Below are positions 43,847-53,803 of a stretch of 56,646 bases of DNA, piece after piece (positions within the stretch are counted from its first letter, which is position 1; every line of letters starts with the position of its first letter). The translations under genes were made by a program, and so were the position numbers. The notes under the pieces are model-generated. The model made no database searches, had not been told where the DNA came from, and saw only the letters and a list, made by a program, of their open reading frames with translations. The stretch covers positions 1 to 56,646 of the IMG/VR virus record IMGVR_UViG_3300042934_000556, one strand, 5' to 3'. The DNA comes from a virus (Duplodnaviria > Caudoviricetes).

Positions 43847-45895
43847 TCAGGCAGACTTGCGCTTGAACGTCCAGGAGTCCTCCGCCGTGTTGGCGAAGTA
43901 GTAGCCGTCCAGGGCGACCGCGTAGACGGTCGTGGAGGCACCGGCCGCCAGAGCGGGCTGGGCACCCGGGGTCAGGACCGCGTCGTTGCTGTCACGGTAC
44001 TCCACGCCGGTGACCGTCGGGATGGTCACGACGCCGGTGGTCGAGTTGAAGGTCGGCTGAACCGGCTCGACGAGGTTGTCGGCAGACGCCACCGTCTTGA
44101 TGACCAGAGCCGACTTCGGTCGGATGAGGGCACCCGATGCACGGGTCTCCATCAGGTACTTGTACTGGTTGTAGTCGATGTCGAAGTCGTCGAACATCGT
44201 CAGCTCGCCACCACGGTCGGTGCCGACGTTGTAGTCCGCCAGGTTGACGATGATTCCGATCAGGTCGGAGATCTCCTTCATCGGCTCGACGGTGACGATC
44301 TTGTCGACGCCCAGCGCGTCCGCGACCTCGCCTCGGTTCTTGTAGAGCCGCTGACCGTTCAGGTCACGGGCCTGCAGGAACTTGTTGAGCTGGGGGATCG
44401 TGGTGAAGAACGTCGGGGTACCGGTCCCCTTGTAGTACTCCATGCCGTCCATGACGCCGTCGACGACGACCTCGTAGCCCAGGTCGTTTCCGGTGGCCGT
44501 CGGGTTGACGAACAGCGTGGTGACGAACAGCTCGTGGTCGTTGAGAATCGACCGGATGCCGGAGCCGCTGGAGGCGCCCATCGGGTCCTTGACCTTGTCC
44601 TCGTCGGCGATGTCTCGACCGTCACCGATGAGGACCGCACGTGCGAACTCCTCCTCGGTCATCAGACGCATCTCGCCCTTGAGGAAGGCGACCATGTCGA
44701 AGTCGGTGATGTCGAGCAGGTCGTCGCGGTCGAGCTTCTGCTTCTTGTAGATTGTGGTCGGGTCGGTGGTCCGCTTGGTGACGCCGAACCACTCCTCGCG
44801 CTTGTAGTTCCCCTTGATGTAGCCCTTGGCACGGGCCTCGTCCTGGGTCAGGTCGGCGGCGAAGGTCTTGATCCGGGAGAACGGGGTGTGTCGGGTGCTG
44901 TTGAGGACCGTGGCAACCCACTCGGTCCGACGCTTGTCGAGCTCGATGACGCCGGTCGCGGCCTTGGCGTCCGGGAACAGGATGTCGATGTTCTCGATGC
45001 CGTGCTGCAGGTTGTCCTTGGCGTACTGCTCGACAGCCGCCTTGAGAGAGCCGCGCTTCTCGGCGTCGGCGAAGATGCCCTTGAGGGCGTCGTGGGAGAG
45101 CTCGTGCTTGGCACTGCCCTTGTCGTCGGTGTTGGTCTGGTCGAAGACGTTGCGCGACATGTGGTTGCCGGCTCCTTCCTGGTGGGTGAGGTCGCCGCCA
45201 TCGGCGGACTTGTCGGAGTGCTCGGCGGAATTCGCCTTTGCTGCGTCCTGGAGTGCGACGCCGATCAGATAGTGGACGACGTTCTTCTGCTCTTCGTCGA
45301 AGGTCTCGTAGACGTCGTTGATGGTGAGATCGTCGTCGTCCTCGTCACCATCGGCGTGCTGAAGATCCTCGTCGTCCTCGTCACCGTCTTCCTCGTCTTC
45401 CTCGTCTTCCTCGTCGGAGTTTCCGGCGTGGTCGAGCTCGAGTCCCGTGTGGATGACGGCTTCGTCCTCAAGTGTCTCGAAGTCGCCATCGCCGTGGTTG
45501 ATGTTGACGAAGTCGATCTTGGCGCCGGGATTGGCCCCGGCCAGGACCAGGCTGACCTCGCGGATGATTCCGTGGAGGACTTCCTTGCCCTTCTCCACCA
45601 GGTTGTTGGCGTAGATGGAGAGATGCTTGATGTCACCGTGCTCGACGAGGCTTCGGGCGTTCTTCCCCTGCTCGGTGTCGTTGAAGAACGCGTAGGCGTA
45701 GACACCCTCGTCGCGGTGCTCGAGGACCGCGTGACCGAGGACGTTCTTCGCGTCGCTGTGTCCGTGCTGCCAGACCAGAGGAACCTGCTGGTGGTGCATC
45801 TTCTCGAAGGCACCGCGCATAATGGTCCGACCGTCGGAGCACCTGAGGCCAGCCTTGGTGGCCCAGCCGCCGAAGTCAGCTTCGATTACTGCCAT
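43847..45895 (-). CDS. Prohead protease - scaffold - major capsid fusion (HK97 fold) with C-terminal accessory domain
   Basis: N-terminal FGGWAT...PLVWQH...LSI...EVSLV..GANP protease; acidic linker; capsid domain. Confidence 0.88.
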   Translation of the reverse strand: MAVIEADFGGWATKAGLRCSDGRTIMRGAFEKMHHQQVPLVWQHGHSDAKNVLGHAVLEHRDEGVYAYAFFNDTEQGKNARSLVEHGDIKHLSIYANNLVEKGKEVLHGIIREVSLVLAGANPGAKIDFVNINHGDGDFETLEDEAVIHTGLELDHAGNSDEEDEEDEEDGDEDDEDLQHADGDEDDDDLTINDVYETFDEEQKNVVHYLIGVALQDAAKANSAEHSDKSADGGDLTHQEGAGNHMSRNVFDQTNTDDKGSAKHELSHDALKGIFADAEKRGSLKAAVEQYAKDNLQHGIENIDILFPDAKAATGVIELDKRRTEWVATVLNSTRHTPFSRIKTFAADLTQDEARAKGYIKGNYKREEWFGVTKRTTDPTTIYKKQKLDRDDLLDITDFDMVAFLKGEMRLMTEEEFARAVLIGDGRDIADEDKVKDPMGASSGSGIRSILNDHELFVTTLFVNPTATGNDLGYEVVVDGVMDGMEYYKGTGTPTFFTTIPQLNKFLQARDLNGQRLYKNRGEVADALGVDKIVTVEPMKEISDLIGIIVNLADYNVGTDRGGELTMFDDFDIDYNQYKYLMETRASGALIRPKSALVIKTVASADNLVEPVQPTFNSTTGVVTIPTVTGVEYRDSNDAVLTPGAQPALAAGASTTVYAVALDGYYFANTAEDSWTFKRKSA

Positions 45896-45912
45896 TTTGA
45901 CTGTCTCCCTCC

Positions 45913-46407
45913 TTACTTCTTAGATGTTGTGTTCCGGGCTCCGACGGAGCCGTTCTTGCGCATCTTCTCGATCCGCTCCTGCATGGTCTTGATCTTCGCC
46001 TTTAGCGACTTGACCTCGTCTTCGAGAAGCTTGTCCTTGTTCTTCTCGTAGTACTCCTTGGACGCCTTTGCAGCCTTGGATTTCTGAGCTGCAGTCTGCT
46101 TAGTCGATGACTTCGCTGCGGACGAAGCCTTCTTCTCTGGCGTCTTTTTGGTTTCAGCGCCACTTCGGGCTTTGGCCTGCTCGGTCAATACCGTCAGAGC
46201 CTTACGAAGCTTTTCCAACCGACTTTTGAGGGCTGTCACTTCGGCCTCGAGCTTCTTGCGCCTTTCGGCTTGACGCTGGGCTCTGGTCTTGGTCGCTGGC
46301 TTGAGTGTGACGCCCTTCTTCGTACGACCCTTCAACTGACGGGTCTTCAAGTAGTAGGCGCGTCGTTTCGCCGGGTCGTACTCGTGGACGATCTCGTCAG
46401 CCATCAT
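45913..46407 (-). CDS. Basic coiled-coil hypothetical protein
   Basis: EIVHEYDPAKRRAYY...; Lys-rich; lies between portal and capsid genes. Confidence 0.7.
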   Translation of the reverse strand: MMADEIVHEYDPAKRRAYYLKTRQLKGRTKKGVTLKPATKTRAQRQAERRKKLEAEVTALKSRLEKLRKALTVLTEQAKARSGAETKKTPEKKASSAAKSSTKQTAAQKSKAAKASKEYYEKNKDKLLEDEVKSLKAKIKTMQERIEKMRKNGSVGARNTTSKK

Positions 46408-47753
46408 TCGGCCCCAAGGCTCTGGAGCATGGAGTCGATCATCGCATTGGCTTCAGCGATTCCGCTCTGAACCAGATCTTCCCCTTCGTCTTCGGAGTCC
46501 TCCTCTTCCAAGGCAGAGCCCGAATCGACCGGAGATGTTGTTGGATCTCCGGCCTGAGGCATGTTGCTGTTGACAAGCTGGTCGGCCTTCGGGTCCTTGG
46601 AGGGTTTGAAGCCGATGCCCTGTCGGATCTCGTTGGCGGAGAGGACTTCGTTTCGAGTGAACTTGTCGGCGATCTCAGCGATCTGCTCCATCGGAACGAG
46701 CTTGAACGGGTCGCGGAAGTACATGATCGACTGCTTCTGAGACCGGGCCGTTTTGGTCAGGAAGGTCTTCTTCATGGCCTCCGAGATCGCCTGAACGACG
46801 GGCTCGATGGTCCGGCTGAAGTAGTTCAGCATGGCCTTCTCGTCAGCCGTGCCGTTCATGACCTCCTCCGTCAGACCAAGCTGAGCGTAGAGGATGCTCG
46901 TGAGGTACTCGATCTGCTTGAGGAGATTGTTCTCGACCGGCCGGTTGAGCTGCGTGATTTTCTCGGTACCATCGGTATAGGCGATACCGTACTGACTCCC
47001 CTTGAGCTGGAACTCAATATCCTTACGCCTTTGTTCGGCTTGCTGCCGTCTGGCTTCGGATTTGATCACGTAAGGAAGCTGAATGATCATGTCGAGCTTA
47101 CCGGAACTCGACTGCTCGTCCACCGAGTCCAACATGTTGAGCTTGTGAATGAGTCGTTTAAGTGTCGAGTTCGGTTCGTTCATCACCGAATATAGGGGGT
47201 TCTCGACGATCGCGGTGTACTTCTTTTCGACCGTGACTTGCTTCCTCTGCCCAACCCGGTCGTCGTAAAGACTTACTGTTACGTGTCGGGGATGCCATGC
47301 CACGATCTCGCCGACTCGAAGACTCCGGATGGTATAACTCGCCGACTCGGACGGATTAATATCTGTCTCTACCGGAACGATCGCCGCCGTACCATGTTCG
47401 AACAGCGTCATTGCTATGTCCTGACGGAACTGTCGGGCGCCCTGGTCGATGTTGGGTTCAACCTGGAGACAATCCTGGAGTCCGCTGTCCATGTCTTCGA
47501 GGTAACGTCCCTCCTCGTCGGTTCGGACGTGTCGAATATCGACACCAGCGACATCGATACCGAGCCTGGTGTAGATTGACGAGATGATGGATCGTTCGCT
47601 GGAATATGACGACCGACTACGACTCGAAGGAGAGTAGTAGTACCCTGTACTCTCGTGTCCGCCGAAGGAGCGGACGCCGGTGTAGTTGTCATCGAGAAAG
47701 ACGTTCCAACTGTGCTTGAGAGTCCTCTTTACTCGCGAAAGCAAACCTGCCAT
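46404..47753 (-). CDS. Portal protein
   Basis: 449 aa; HK97-like LQVEPN and LSANEIR..IG..P motifs. Confidence 0.88.
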   Translation of the reverse strand: MAGLLSRVKRTLKHSWNVFLDDNYTGVRSFGGHESTGYYYSPSSRSRSSYSSERSIISSIYTRLGIDVAGVDIRHVRTDEEGRYLEDMDSGLQDCLQVEPNIDQGARQFRQDIAMTLFEHGTAAIVPVETDINPSESASYTIRSLRVGEIVAWHPRHVTVSLYDDRVGQRKQVTVEKKYTAIVENPLYSVMNEPNSTLKRLIHKLNMLDSVDEQSSSGKLDMIIQLPYVIKSEARRQQAEQRRKDIEFQLKGSQYGIAYTDGTEKITQLNRPVENNLLKQIEYLTSILYAQLGLTEEVMNGTADEKAMLNYFSRTIEPVVQAISEAMKKTFLTKTARSQKQSIMYFRDPFKLVPMEQIAEIADKFTRNEVLSANEIRQGIGFKPSKDPKADQLVNSNMPQAGDPTTSPVDSGSALEEEDSEDEGEDLVQSGIAEANAMIDSMLQSLGAE

Positions 47754-47789
47754 TGGTCACCTCCTTCCTGAAAATATGGCCCGGAGAGT

Positions 47790-48446
47790 CTAACCGATCC
47801 CCATGTTCTTGAGCATCTCCTGGGCAGACTTTTGACCGTTCGGATCGGTAGCCTTCTTGTAGGCCTTCTTACCAGCGTCGGCAATGGTCTTGTCGATACC
47901 GGCCTTGTGGGCCCAGAGAGCGCCTCCGACCACGATTGCCGTTGCCGCCGAGGCATACTGCGAATTACCTCTGAGGATATGGCTCGTGCCTCGAATACCC
48001 TTGCGGGTGCTGTTTGCAACGTTCTTGCGTTTACGCTCGCCCTTGGCCTTGTCTGCGTGCTTGGACATGTCCTGATTGGACAGATGAGCGTCGAAGGCCT
48101 TCTTGTACGCCGGATTCTTACTCTTGCCCTCGACCTTGGCTTTGATCAGCTTTCGTCGAGTACCAGCGCCTTCGCCGTAGAACATCTTGGCTCGGGCGAA
48201 CTCCTTGGCATCCTTGGCGGCGTCTCGGTTGATCGATCTGGACACTCCGTTGGGGCGGGACTTACGGATGCCCCATTTCATACCCTTGACACCGTAGTGA
48301 ACAAGTTCGCCGTTTACATAAGAGTGGAAGAACTCATCGTCCAAGATAACAGCTCCCGGAGCATTGCGAATCTCTTCGAGTCTCCGCGTCATACTCTCCT
48401 CATCGGGGATTTGAGAGGGCAATATGAAACCGGGGGACCTGTACAT
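47790..48446 (-). CDS. HYGVKGMKWG-motif protein, basic
   Basis: ELVHYGVKGMKWGIRK. Confidence 0.8.
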   Translation of the reverse strand: MYRSPGFILPSQIPDEESMTRRLEEIRNAPGAVILDDEFFHSYVNGELVHYGVKGMKWGIRKSRPNGVSRSINRDAAKDAKEFARAKMFYGEGAGTRRKLIKAKVEGKSKNPAYKKAFDAHLSNQDMSKHADKAKGERKRKNVANSTRKGIRGTSHILRGNSQYASAATAIVVGGALWAHKAGIDKTIADAGKKAYKKATDPNGQKSAQEMLKNMGIG

Positions 48447-48447
48447 G

Positions 48448-49281
48448 TTACTTCACCTCCTTAAAAGGTGTTGGGTCGACACCCATCTCTTTGTGTAGAG
48501 TTTTACCCCATTCCTGAACGTACCTTGGCGGGTTGGTCCCCCAGTGATATGCACTGAAGAGTTCAGCTTCCAACTCGCCTCTCTCCATGGTGCTCATCGC
48601 GTAATCGGATACGTCCCAGATTTGGCGTCCCTCGCGAGCGGCTACTTTCTGAGCAACCTTCAGAGCCTTGTTTCGAGCTTCGATGTTCCCACCCGAGACC
48701 TTTTGCCTACCACGAGAATCGGTAGTCAATTGCTGGGTGGAATGAAATATGGCGTGAGAATTCTCATGAGTGATCAGACCCTTCACGTTACCGGTACCCG
48801 CGTGGTTCCAATTCCCATCGGCATCTTGGAGCTCACGGCGCATGTCTCGAGCGCCGACGAAGATTGTACCTTCGTTAGCCGAACCGAGTTCCTGAGTGTT
48901 CTCTACGAAAGCGAGGAAACTCTTCTCGAGTTCAGGCGTGTATATCGGGTGACTTTTGTCGAAGACCTTTACGTCCTTGACTGTGTAACCGTACCGATCA
49001 TGCATGAGACGAGCAACTTCGAGAGCACCCGAGGCAGTGCTACTGTGAACTCGAGAATCAATTCTAGGCGGTGTGAAAGGCTGCCTAGAGGTCGTCTCCT
49101 CGTCCTTACGAACACCCCACTTCATACCCTTGACACCATAGTGAACAAGTTCACTGTCGAAGTCGCTGAATTCGAATAGAGTAAAACCCGTAGTTTCCTC
49201 GGATCGCCTTCGAAGATCGTCTTTGAGTTCTTCCTGGGAAGAATATGCCGACGGAAGGACGAATCCAGGCGTTCTGGACAT
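48448..49281 (-). CDS. HYG-motif protein with zincin-like (HExxH) domain
   Basis: ELVHYGVKGMKWGVRK; THENSH...SDYA...ELEAELF. Confidence 0.8.
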   Translation of the reverse strand: MSRTPGFVLPSAYSSQEELKDDLRRRSEETTGFTLFEFSDFDSELVHYGVKGMKWGVRKDEETTSRQPFTPPRIDSRVHSSTASGALEVARLMHDRYGYTVKDVKVFDKSHPIYTPELEKSFLAFVENTQELGSANEGTIFVGARDMRRELQDADGNWNHAGTGNVKGLITHENSHAIFHSTQQLTTDSRGRQKVSGGNIEARNKALKVAQKVAAREGRQIWDVSDYAMSTMERGELEAELFSAYHWGTNPPRYVQEWGKTLHKEMGVDPTPFKEVK

Positions 49282-49284
49282 CGG

Positions 49285-49989
49285 TCACTTCCTTTCCTTG
49301 AATGGGGTCGGGTCGATCCCCATTTCTGCGTGAAGAGTCTGCCCCCATACCGTTACGAAAGAAGGCGGTTTCGGATGCCAGTGGTACTGTGAGAAGAGTT
49401 CGGCTTCGATCTCCTCATGGCCGTGCGAGGAAGCTGCGTAACCAGACAGCTTCTCCAATAGTCTGTGTTCTGATATACCCTTACGCTGTGCCTCGTCGAC
49501 CATGGCTTGGAGAGCCTTCATTCGGGCTTCTTTCTCCCCACCAACTACCTTTCCATTCTCGTCGTACTTCTCCCGTGAATGGAATATCGCGTGTGCAGAT
49601 TCGTGGGTGATGAGCCCTATCGGGTTCCCCAAACCTTTCCCTACCCAGCCCGTCTTCTCGGAGGCCTTCATCTCTCGAGTGGGATCACGTATGGCGAGGT
49701 AAATATCACCTTCGAGTTTTTGCTTACCATTGTTCGCAACGTAACCGAGGGTGCCTCTCGAGTATTCTTCGTGACCAGGAGCGATGGCTTTGATCTCTCG
49801 AACCTTGTAGCCGTATCGCTCTTGGATCAGAGCTGCGACCTCACGAGCGGCTTGCTGGGAAACCACATGGACTCTAGAGTCCATCTTGGGGCTTTCGCCA
49901 ACGGACTGAAAACGTCCAGCGACATCATCATCCTTACGGACGCCCCACCGCATACCCTTGACGCCATAGTGGACGAGTTCGTCGGTCAT
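49285..49989 (-). CDS. HYG-motif protein with zincin-like (HExxH) domain
   Basis: ELVHYGVKGMRWGVRK; THESAH...SGYA...EIEAELF. Confidence 0.8.
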   Translation of the reverse strand: MTDELVHYGVKGMRWGVRKDDDVAGRFQSVGESPKMDSRVHVVSQQAAREVAALIQERYGYKVREIKAIAPGHEEYSRGTLGYVANNGKQKLEGDIYLAIRDPTREMKASEKTGWVGKGLGNPIGLITHESAHAIFHSREKYDENGKVVGGEKEARMKALQAMVDEAQRKGISEHRLLEKLSGYAASSHGHEEIEAELFSQYHWHPKPPSFVTVWGQTLHAEMGIDPTPFKERK

Positions 49990-50960
49990 GACCCCAGCTT
50001 GTGGTCGCTCTTCTTGTGGGCGGCGAGAGCGAGGCTAGAGAGGCTTACTGTTCCGTAGGCCTTCAGAATATCCGAGGTCTTGGCCTTGCCGGTGGCCAGA
50101 CGCTTTTCCTGATCTCGAAGCTTCTTGGCTCTACGAGCTGCCTCGTTCTTGAGGCCACCGCTCCGGACGAGGTTGGCGGCCGTGGAGTTCATGGCGGTTG
50201 CGAACTTCTCCATCTTCGTAGCCGTGCCGTCTGCCACTCTTTCTAGACGGGCTGCGCGGAGATTCAAGTCGCCGGTTCGAGCCTTGCGGACGCCCCACTT
50301 CATACCCTTGACGCCGTAGTGCTTGAGTTCGGAATGCTTCGCTTCATCGAAGTTGTATTCCATGTTCGTCAGACCTCCCCACATTCCGGCGCCAGATCCT
50401 GTCACTTCTCCGGTCACCTTGAAGCCGAGCTTCTCATAGATATGCCTAGCGTCGGGAGAGATCCCGGGTACTTCGAGGGTCATCTTCTTGAAGCCCTCCT
50501 GCTTACCAAAATCCCGTCCAGCCTGCATGACGGCTGTAGCATAACCTTTACCACGAGCGGACTTGTCGATCCCAAGCCAATTGAGATAAAGCTCGTCCTT
50601 GTTTCGCTTCGTGACGTAGGCATCTCCGACCTTTTTACCGGAGCCATCCAAGATGTCGAGACTGGCGTTCTTCGAGTACCACTCGCGATACTTCTTACTC
50701 ATCCTACCCGTGAGTTCAGCGACCTTGGTGGGCGGGACTTTCTGGAGTGTGATGGTCTCTCCCGAAGCCGTCTTACGACTTACCGTGTCCGGTCCGAGAG
50801 ATTTGAGTGGTTCTCGCGTTGGCTTGTCGGACTTCCGAACACCCCACTTCATACCCTTAACACCGTAGTGCTTGAGTCCCTCGCTCATTTCGGCAATGTT
50901 GCTCTCGATGAGATCGAGGAGGTCTCCGTACTCCGCTTCGAGATTGAAATCACTACTCAT
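49986..50960 (-). CDS. Double HYG-motif protein with GNAT acetyltransferase domain
   Basis: LKHYGVKGMKWG twice; ARGKGYAT and ARHIYEKLGF GNAT motifs. Confidence 0.8.
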   Translation of the reverse strand: MSSDFNLEAEYGDLLDLIESNIAEMSEGLKHYGVKGMKWGVRKSDKPTREPLKSLGPDTVSRKTASGETITLQKVPPTKVAELTGRMSKKYREWYSKNASLDILDGSGKKVGDAYVTKRNKDELYLNWLGIDKSARGKGYATAVMQAGRDFGKQEGFKKMTLEVPGISPDARHIYEKLGFKVTGEVTGSGAGMWGGLTNMEYNFDEAKHSELKHYGVKGMKWGVRKARTGDLNLRAARLERVADGTATKMEKFATAMNSTAANLVRSGGLKNEAARRAKKLRDQEKRLATGKAKTSDILKAYGTVSLSSLALAAHKKSDHKLGS

Positions 50961-50989
50961 TTTGACAGGACCTCCCTTCGAGGTCTCGT

Positions 50990-52030
50990 TTAGTACTTAC
51001 GATTCTCCAACTCGATGAGGCTGGCTTCGGCGAAGTTGATGTCGTCCTTGGTGAGAGGTTCATTCGACTTCTTACCGACAAGCTCACGAGCGAAGATGAC
51101 GAGAGGAGTCTCTCCGATGACGCCAGCGTCCATCTCATCGACAATTGCTCCATAACCCTTCTTACGGAGTGCGTCGAACATTCCCATGGCGTGGCCGTCA
51201 CTCCAACTACCACCACTGAGCTCTTGATACTTGGCCAAGACTCGTTCATCCGTGTACCAAGCCTCGAACTCTTTCTTACCGCCTATCAGAGATTCTTTCA
51301 GTGCTTCGAGTGTGGTCGACAGCTTTGGAACTCGAATGTCTTGCTCGGCTTGAAAGGTTACATGGTGAAGTGGTCCGAGCAGCTCTTGGCGGAACTGAGA
51401 TACATATCGATGGTAGTCTTCCAGGCTGTGAGTGGAATACGTCGCATCTCGAAACTCGGTTTCCGCTTTTTGTGAGAGTCGATGAAACTCGTGACCAGCC
51501 GGAAGGGTGAACTCGTCCCGCTCCCAAGAACTGTCTTTGATGTAGTCGTTACTACCCCAAGTTTTGATCTTGGAATGCATGACGTGCTTATGGAACGTCT
51601 CTGGACTGATCGACTTTCCGCGAAGTTCCTCAATGGACTTTACGGTCTTGGCTTCAGCAATCGCATTTGCTGCGATCAGACCAGCAATGGCACCGGTGAA
51701 TATCAGAGCTTTCTTGTGTCTGGCAACAAAGCTCTTCTTGGTTGGCTTCTCGTCTGAACCTTCGAGCTTGGCCTGAGACTTCTTCTCGTTGGCCTCCAGG
51801 TTTTTCTTGATCTGTTTGGCGTTGGGTTCCTTCTTGGGCTTGTGCGCCTTCTTCCACTTCTTGTCAGCGGAAGTCATGCGGTACTTGCCGGTCTCCTCGT
51901 CCTTTCGGACACCCCACTTCATACCCTTGACGCCGTAGTGGGTAAGAAACCTCTCGCTTCGGAGAATATCGTCAATGGCCGAGGCACCATGCTGAAGTAT
52001 CCGAGCAATCTCGTCTTCCGAACTACTCAT
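50990..52030 (-). CDS. HYG-motif protein with unknown C-terminal domain
   Basis: FLTHYGVKGMKWGVRK; hydrophobic segment; FHRLS...KGYGAIVD. Confidence 0.8.
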   Translation of the reverse strand: MSSSEDEIARILQHGASAIDDILRSERFLTHYGVKGMKWGVRKDEETGKYRMTSADKKWKKAHKPKKEPNAKQIKKNLEANEKKSQAKLEGSDEKPTKKSFVARHKKALIFTGAIAGLIAANAIAEAKTVKSIEELRGKSISPETFHKHVMHSKIKTWGSNDYIKDSSWERDEFTLPAGHEFHRLSQKAETEFRDATYSTHSLEDYHRYVSQFRQELLGPLHHVTFQAEQDIRVPKLSTTLEALKESLIGGKKEFEAWYTDERVLAKYQELSGGSWSDGHAMGMFDALRKKGYGAIVDEMDAGVIGETPLVIFARELVGKKSNEPLTKDDINFAEASLIELENRKY

Positions 52031-52042
52031 TTCACCTCCTTC

Positions 52043-53788
52043 CTACTCGAACTGTTCCTTGTTGAGCTTGTAAGCGATGAAAGCATCCATCATCGCAGCA
52101 ACGTTGTCGATCTTGGCTTCCTGACGCTTCTTAAGAAGCTTTCGGTTGCCGTTCGTGTCCTCCATGGTAATGGCGTTACCCATGGCAAAGGTCATCAGTG
52201 CCTGATCAAATATGAGCAAACGTTCGCCACTCAGAGCCTTGAGTTCCCCAAGCGGGACCGACTCTGTCTTCGCCCCCTGAATCACTTTCTCGATGCCGTA
52301 AGGCCCGTTCTCCGCTTCCCAGCGGGCTACAAACTCCTTTGCGTTGTAGGGGTCGAAACCAAGTGCGCGCACATCATAGTTACAGTCCTGGATATGGACG
52401 TCCAGGTCGTCGTAGACCTCCATCATGTCGAGGATCGTTCCCTCAAGAACGTGGAGGCTGCCCTCGTCTATGAACTCGTTGTACTTTTGGCGCATAGCTC
52501 CATGGAGCTTGAGCAAGGTCAACGAGGAAATGTAGCTGCGGGTCTTTACGCCAAATCCTCCGCCTCGCAGAGGGAAGATGAATGTGAACGCACAGAAGTC
52601 GTCACCCTGAGAGAGGTCCGCTCCAAGAGCGCAAGGCATTCCCCAGAAGGTTCGAGGATGGTGAGGCAGAGTCTCTTCGTAAGTGAAGAAGTACGTATAC
52701 CCCTCCATCGGAATCCCGAAACGCTTTGCCAGAATATCGTTCCGGGAAGCAGGAGCCTTCTCGGCTCGTTCAACGTCGAGTTGGTAGGTGTCATAGGTGA
52801 CGGTCTTCCCGAGATTGGGATTGGCCTTCAACCACATCGCCGGGTTTCCGACCTCTTCCAACTCATCCAATCGGTAATGCCAGATCGAAACGTGAGGTGC
52901 TTGATACTCGCCCTTGAGAATATCGGCAAGCTCGAGCTTGATGGTGTCACCGCTGCCGTTTCGAACGGTTCCCTCGGAGCTGACGGCTACAATGAGATAG
53001 TCGTCCAGCTTGGAAGAACCCTGTTCGATGGCGCCAATGACGTCTTCCCGGAGATCTCCCGAAAGCCACTCGTCGACGGTCGCTACCTTGGTTCGGAGGC
53101 CTTGGAGCTTGTTGATGGTCATTGGCCGGACCTCGAGCATCGATCCCGTGAGGAAGTTCTCGATACCCTTCTTGGTGGCAGCCAGTTTGACTCGGTTGGC
53201 CTTGGAACCAGTCGTGTTCTGTAGTGACCCTTCGGTCATGAACGAAAATAGCGGACCGCGACTTCTGGTGATTGCGGTCCTGATCGGCTGCATGACCTCT
53301 TCGGCTTGCTTCATGGTCGGAGCCGTGGTGATCTGGTGAGTCGTCGAGGTGTCCACGTTCAGAAAATAGCTCTGAAGACACGACTCATAGAGCGACTTGG
53401 CGGCGCCTCGTGCAACGATGAGGTACTGCTTGGTTGTCAACCGCTTCTTGATAACCTTGTCGACGTACCTACCCCCATGGTTGTCGGGATCGGGTTCGTA
53501 GACGCTCCGGTTGATGAAGTAGTACCAGCAGAATATCTGTTCGGCCCAGAGCTTGAACGAGTCGAGCAGATGAAGGTCACTCCCGTCGGTGAGAGTTAGT
53601 TCCTTCTCACAGTAGAGGACGAAGCCCTCGACCGGAGCAGGATCGTAGTAGATGTTCGGGTTGGCGATGAGTGCGTCGATGCGGTTCATCTCCAAGGAGA
53701 CTTCTCGGTTGACCGGAATATCACCGCGCATCACCGCCTCACGGAACTTGCCGTAGTAGTACGGTGTTGCCGTGTTCGACAGAGCCAT
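52043..53788 (-). CDS. terL: Terminase large subunit
   Basis: VARGAAKS (Walker A), VDE (Walker B), KANPNLG, GADLSQGDD, KIDNVAA. Confidence 0.93.
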   Translation of the reverse strand: MALSNTATPYYYGKFREAVMRGDIPVNREVSLEMNRIDALIANPNIYYDPAPVEGFVLYCEKELTLTDGSDLHLLDSFKLWAEQIFCWYYFINRSVYEPDPDNHGGRYVDKVIKKRLTTKQYLIVARGAAKSLYESCLQSYFLNVDTSTTHQITTAPTMKQAEEVMQPIRTAITRSRGPLFSFMTEGSLQNTTGSKANRVKLAATKKGIENFLTGSMLEVRPMTINKLQGLRTKVATVDEWLSGDLREDVIGAIEQGSSKLDDYLIVAVSSEGTVRNGSGDTIKLELADILKGEYQAPHVSIWHYRLDELEEVGNPAMWLKANPNLGKTVTYDTYQLDVERAEKAPASRNDILAKRFGIPMEGYTYFFTYEETLPHHPRTFWGMPCALGADLSQGDDFCAFTFIFPLRGGGFGVKTRSYISSLTLLKLHGAMRQKYNEFIDEGSLHVLEGTILDMMEVYDDLDVHIQDCNYDVRALGFDPYNAKEFVARWEAENGPYGIEKVIQGAKTESVPLGELKALSGERLLIFDQALMTFAMGNAITMEDTNGNRKLLKKRQEAKIDNVAAMMDAFIAYKLNKEQFE

Positions 53789-53803
53789 CGTCGACCCTCC
53801 CTT

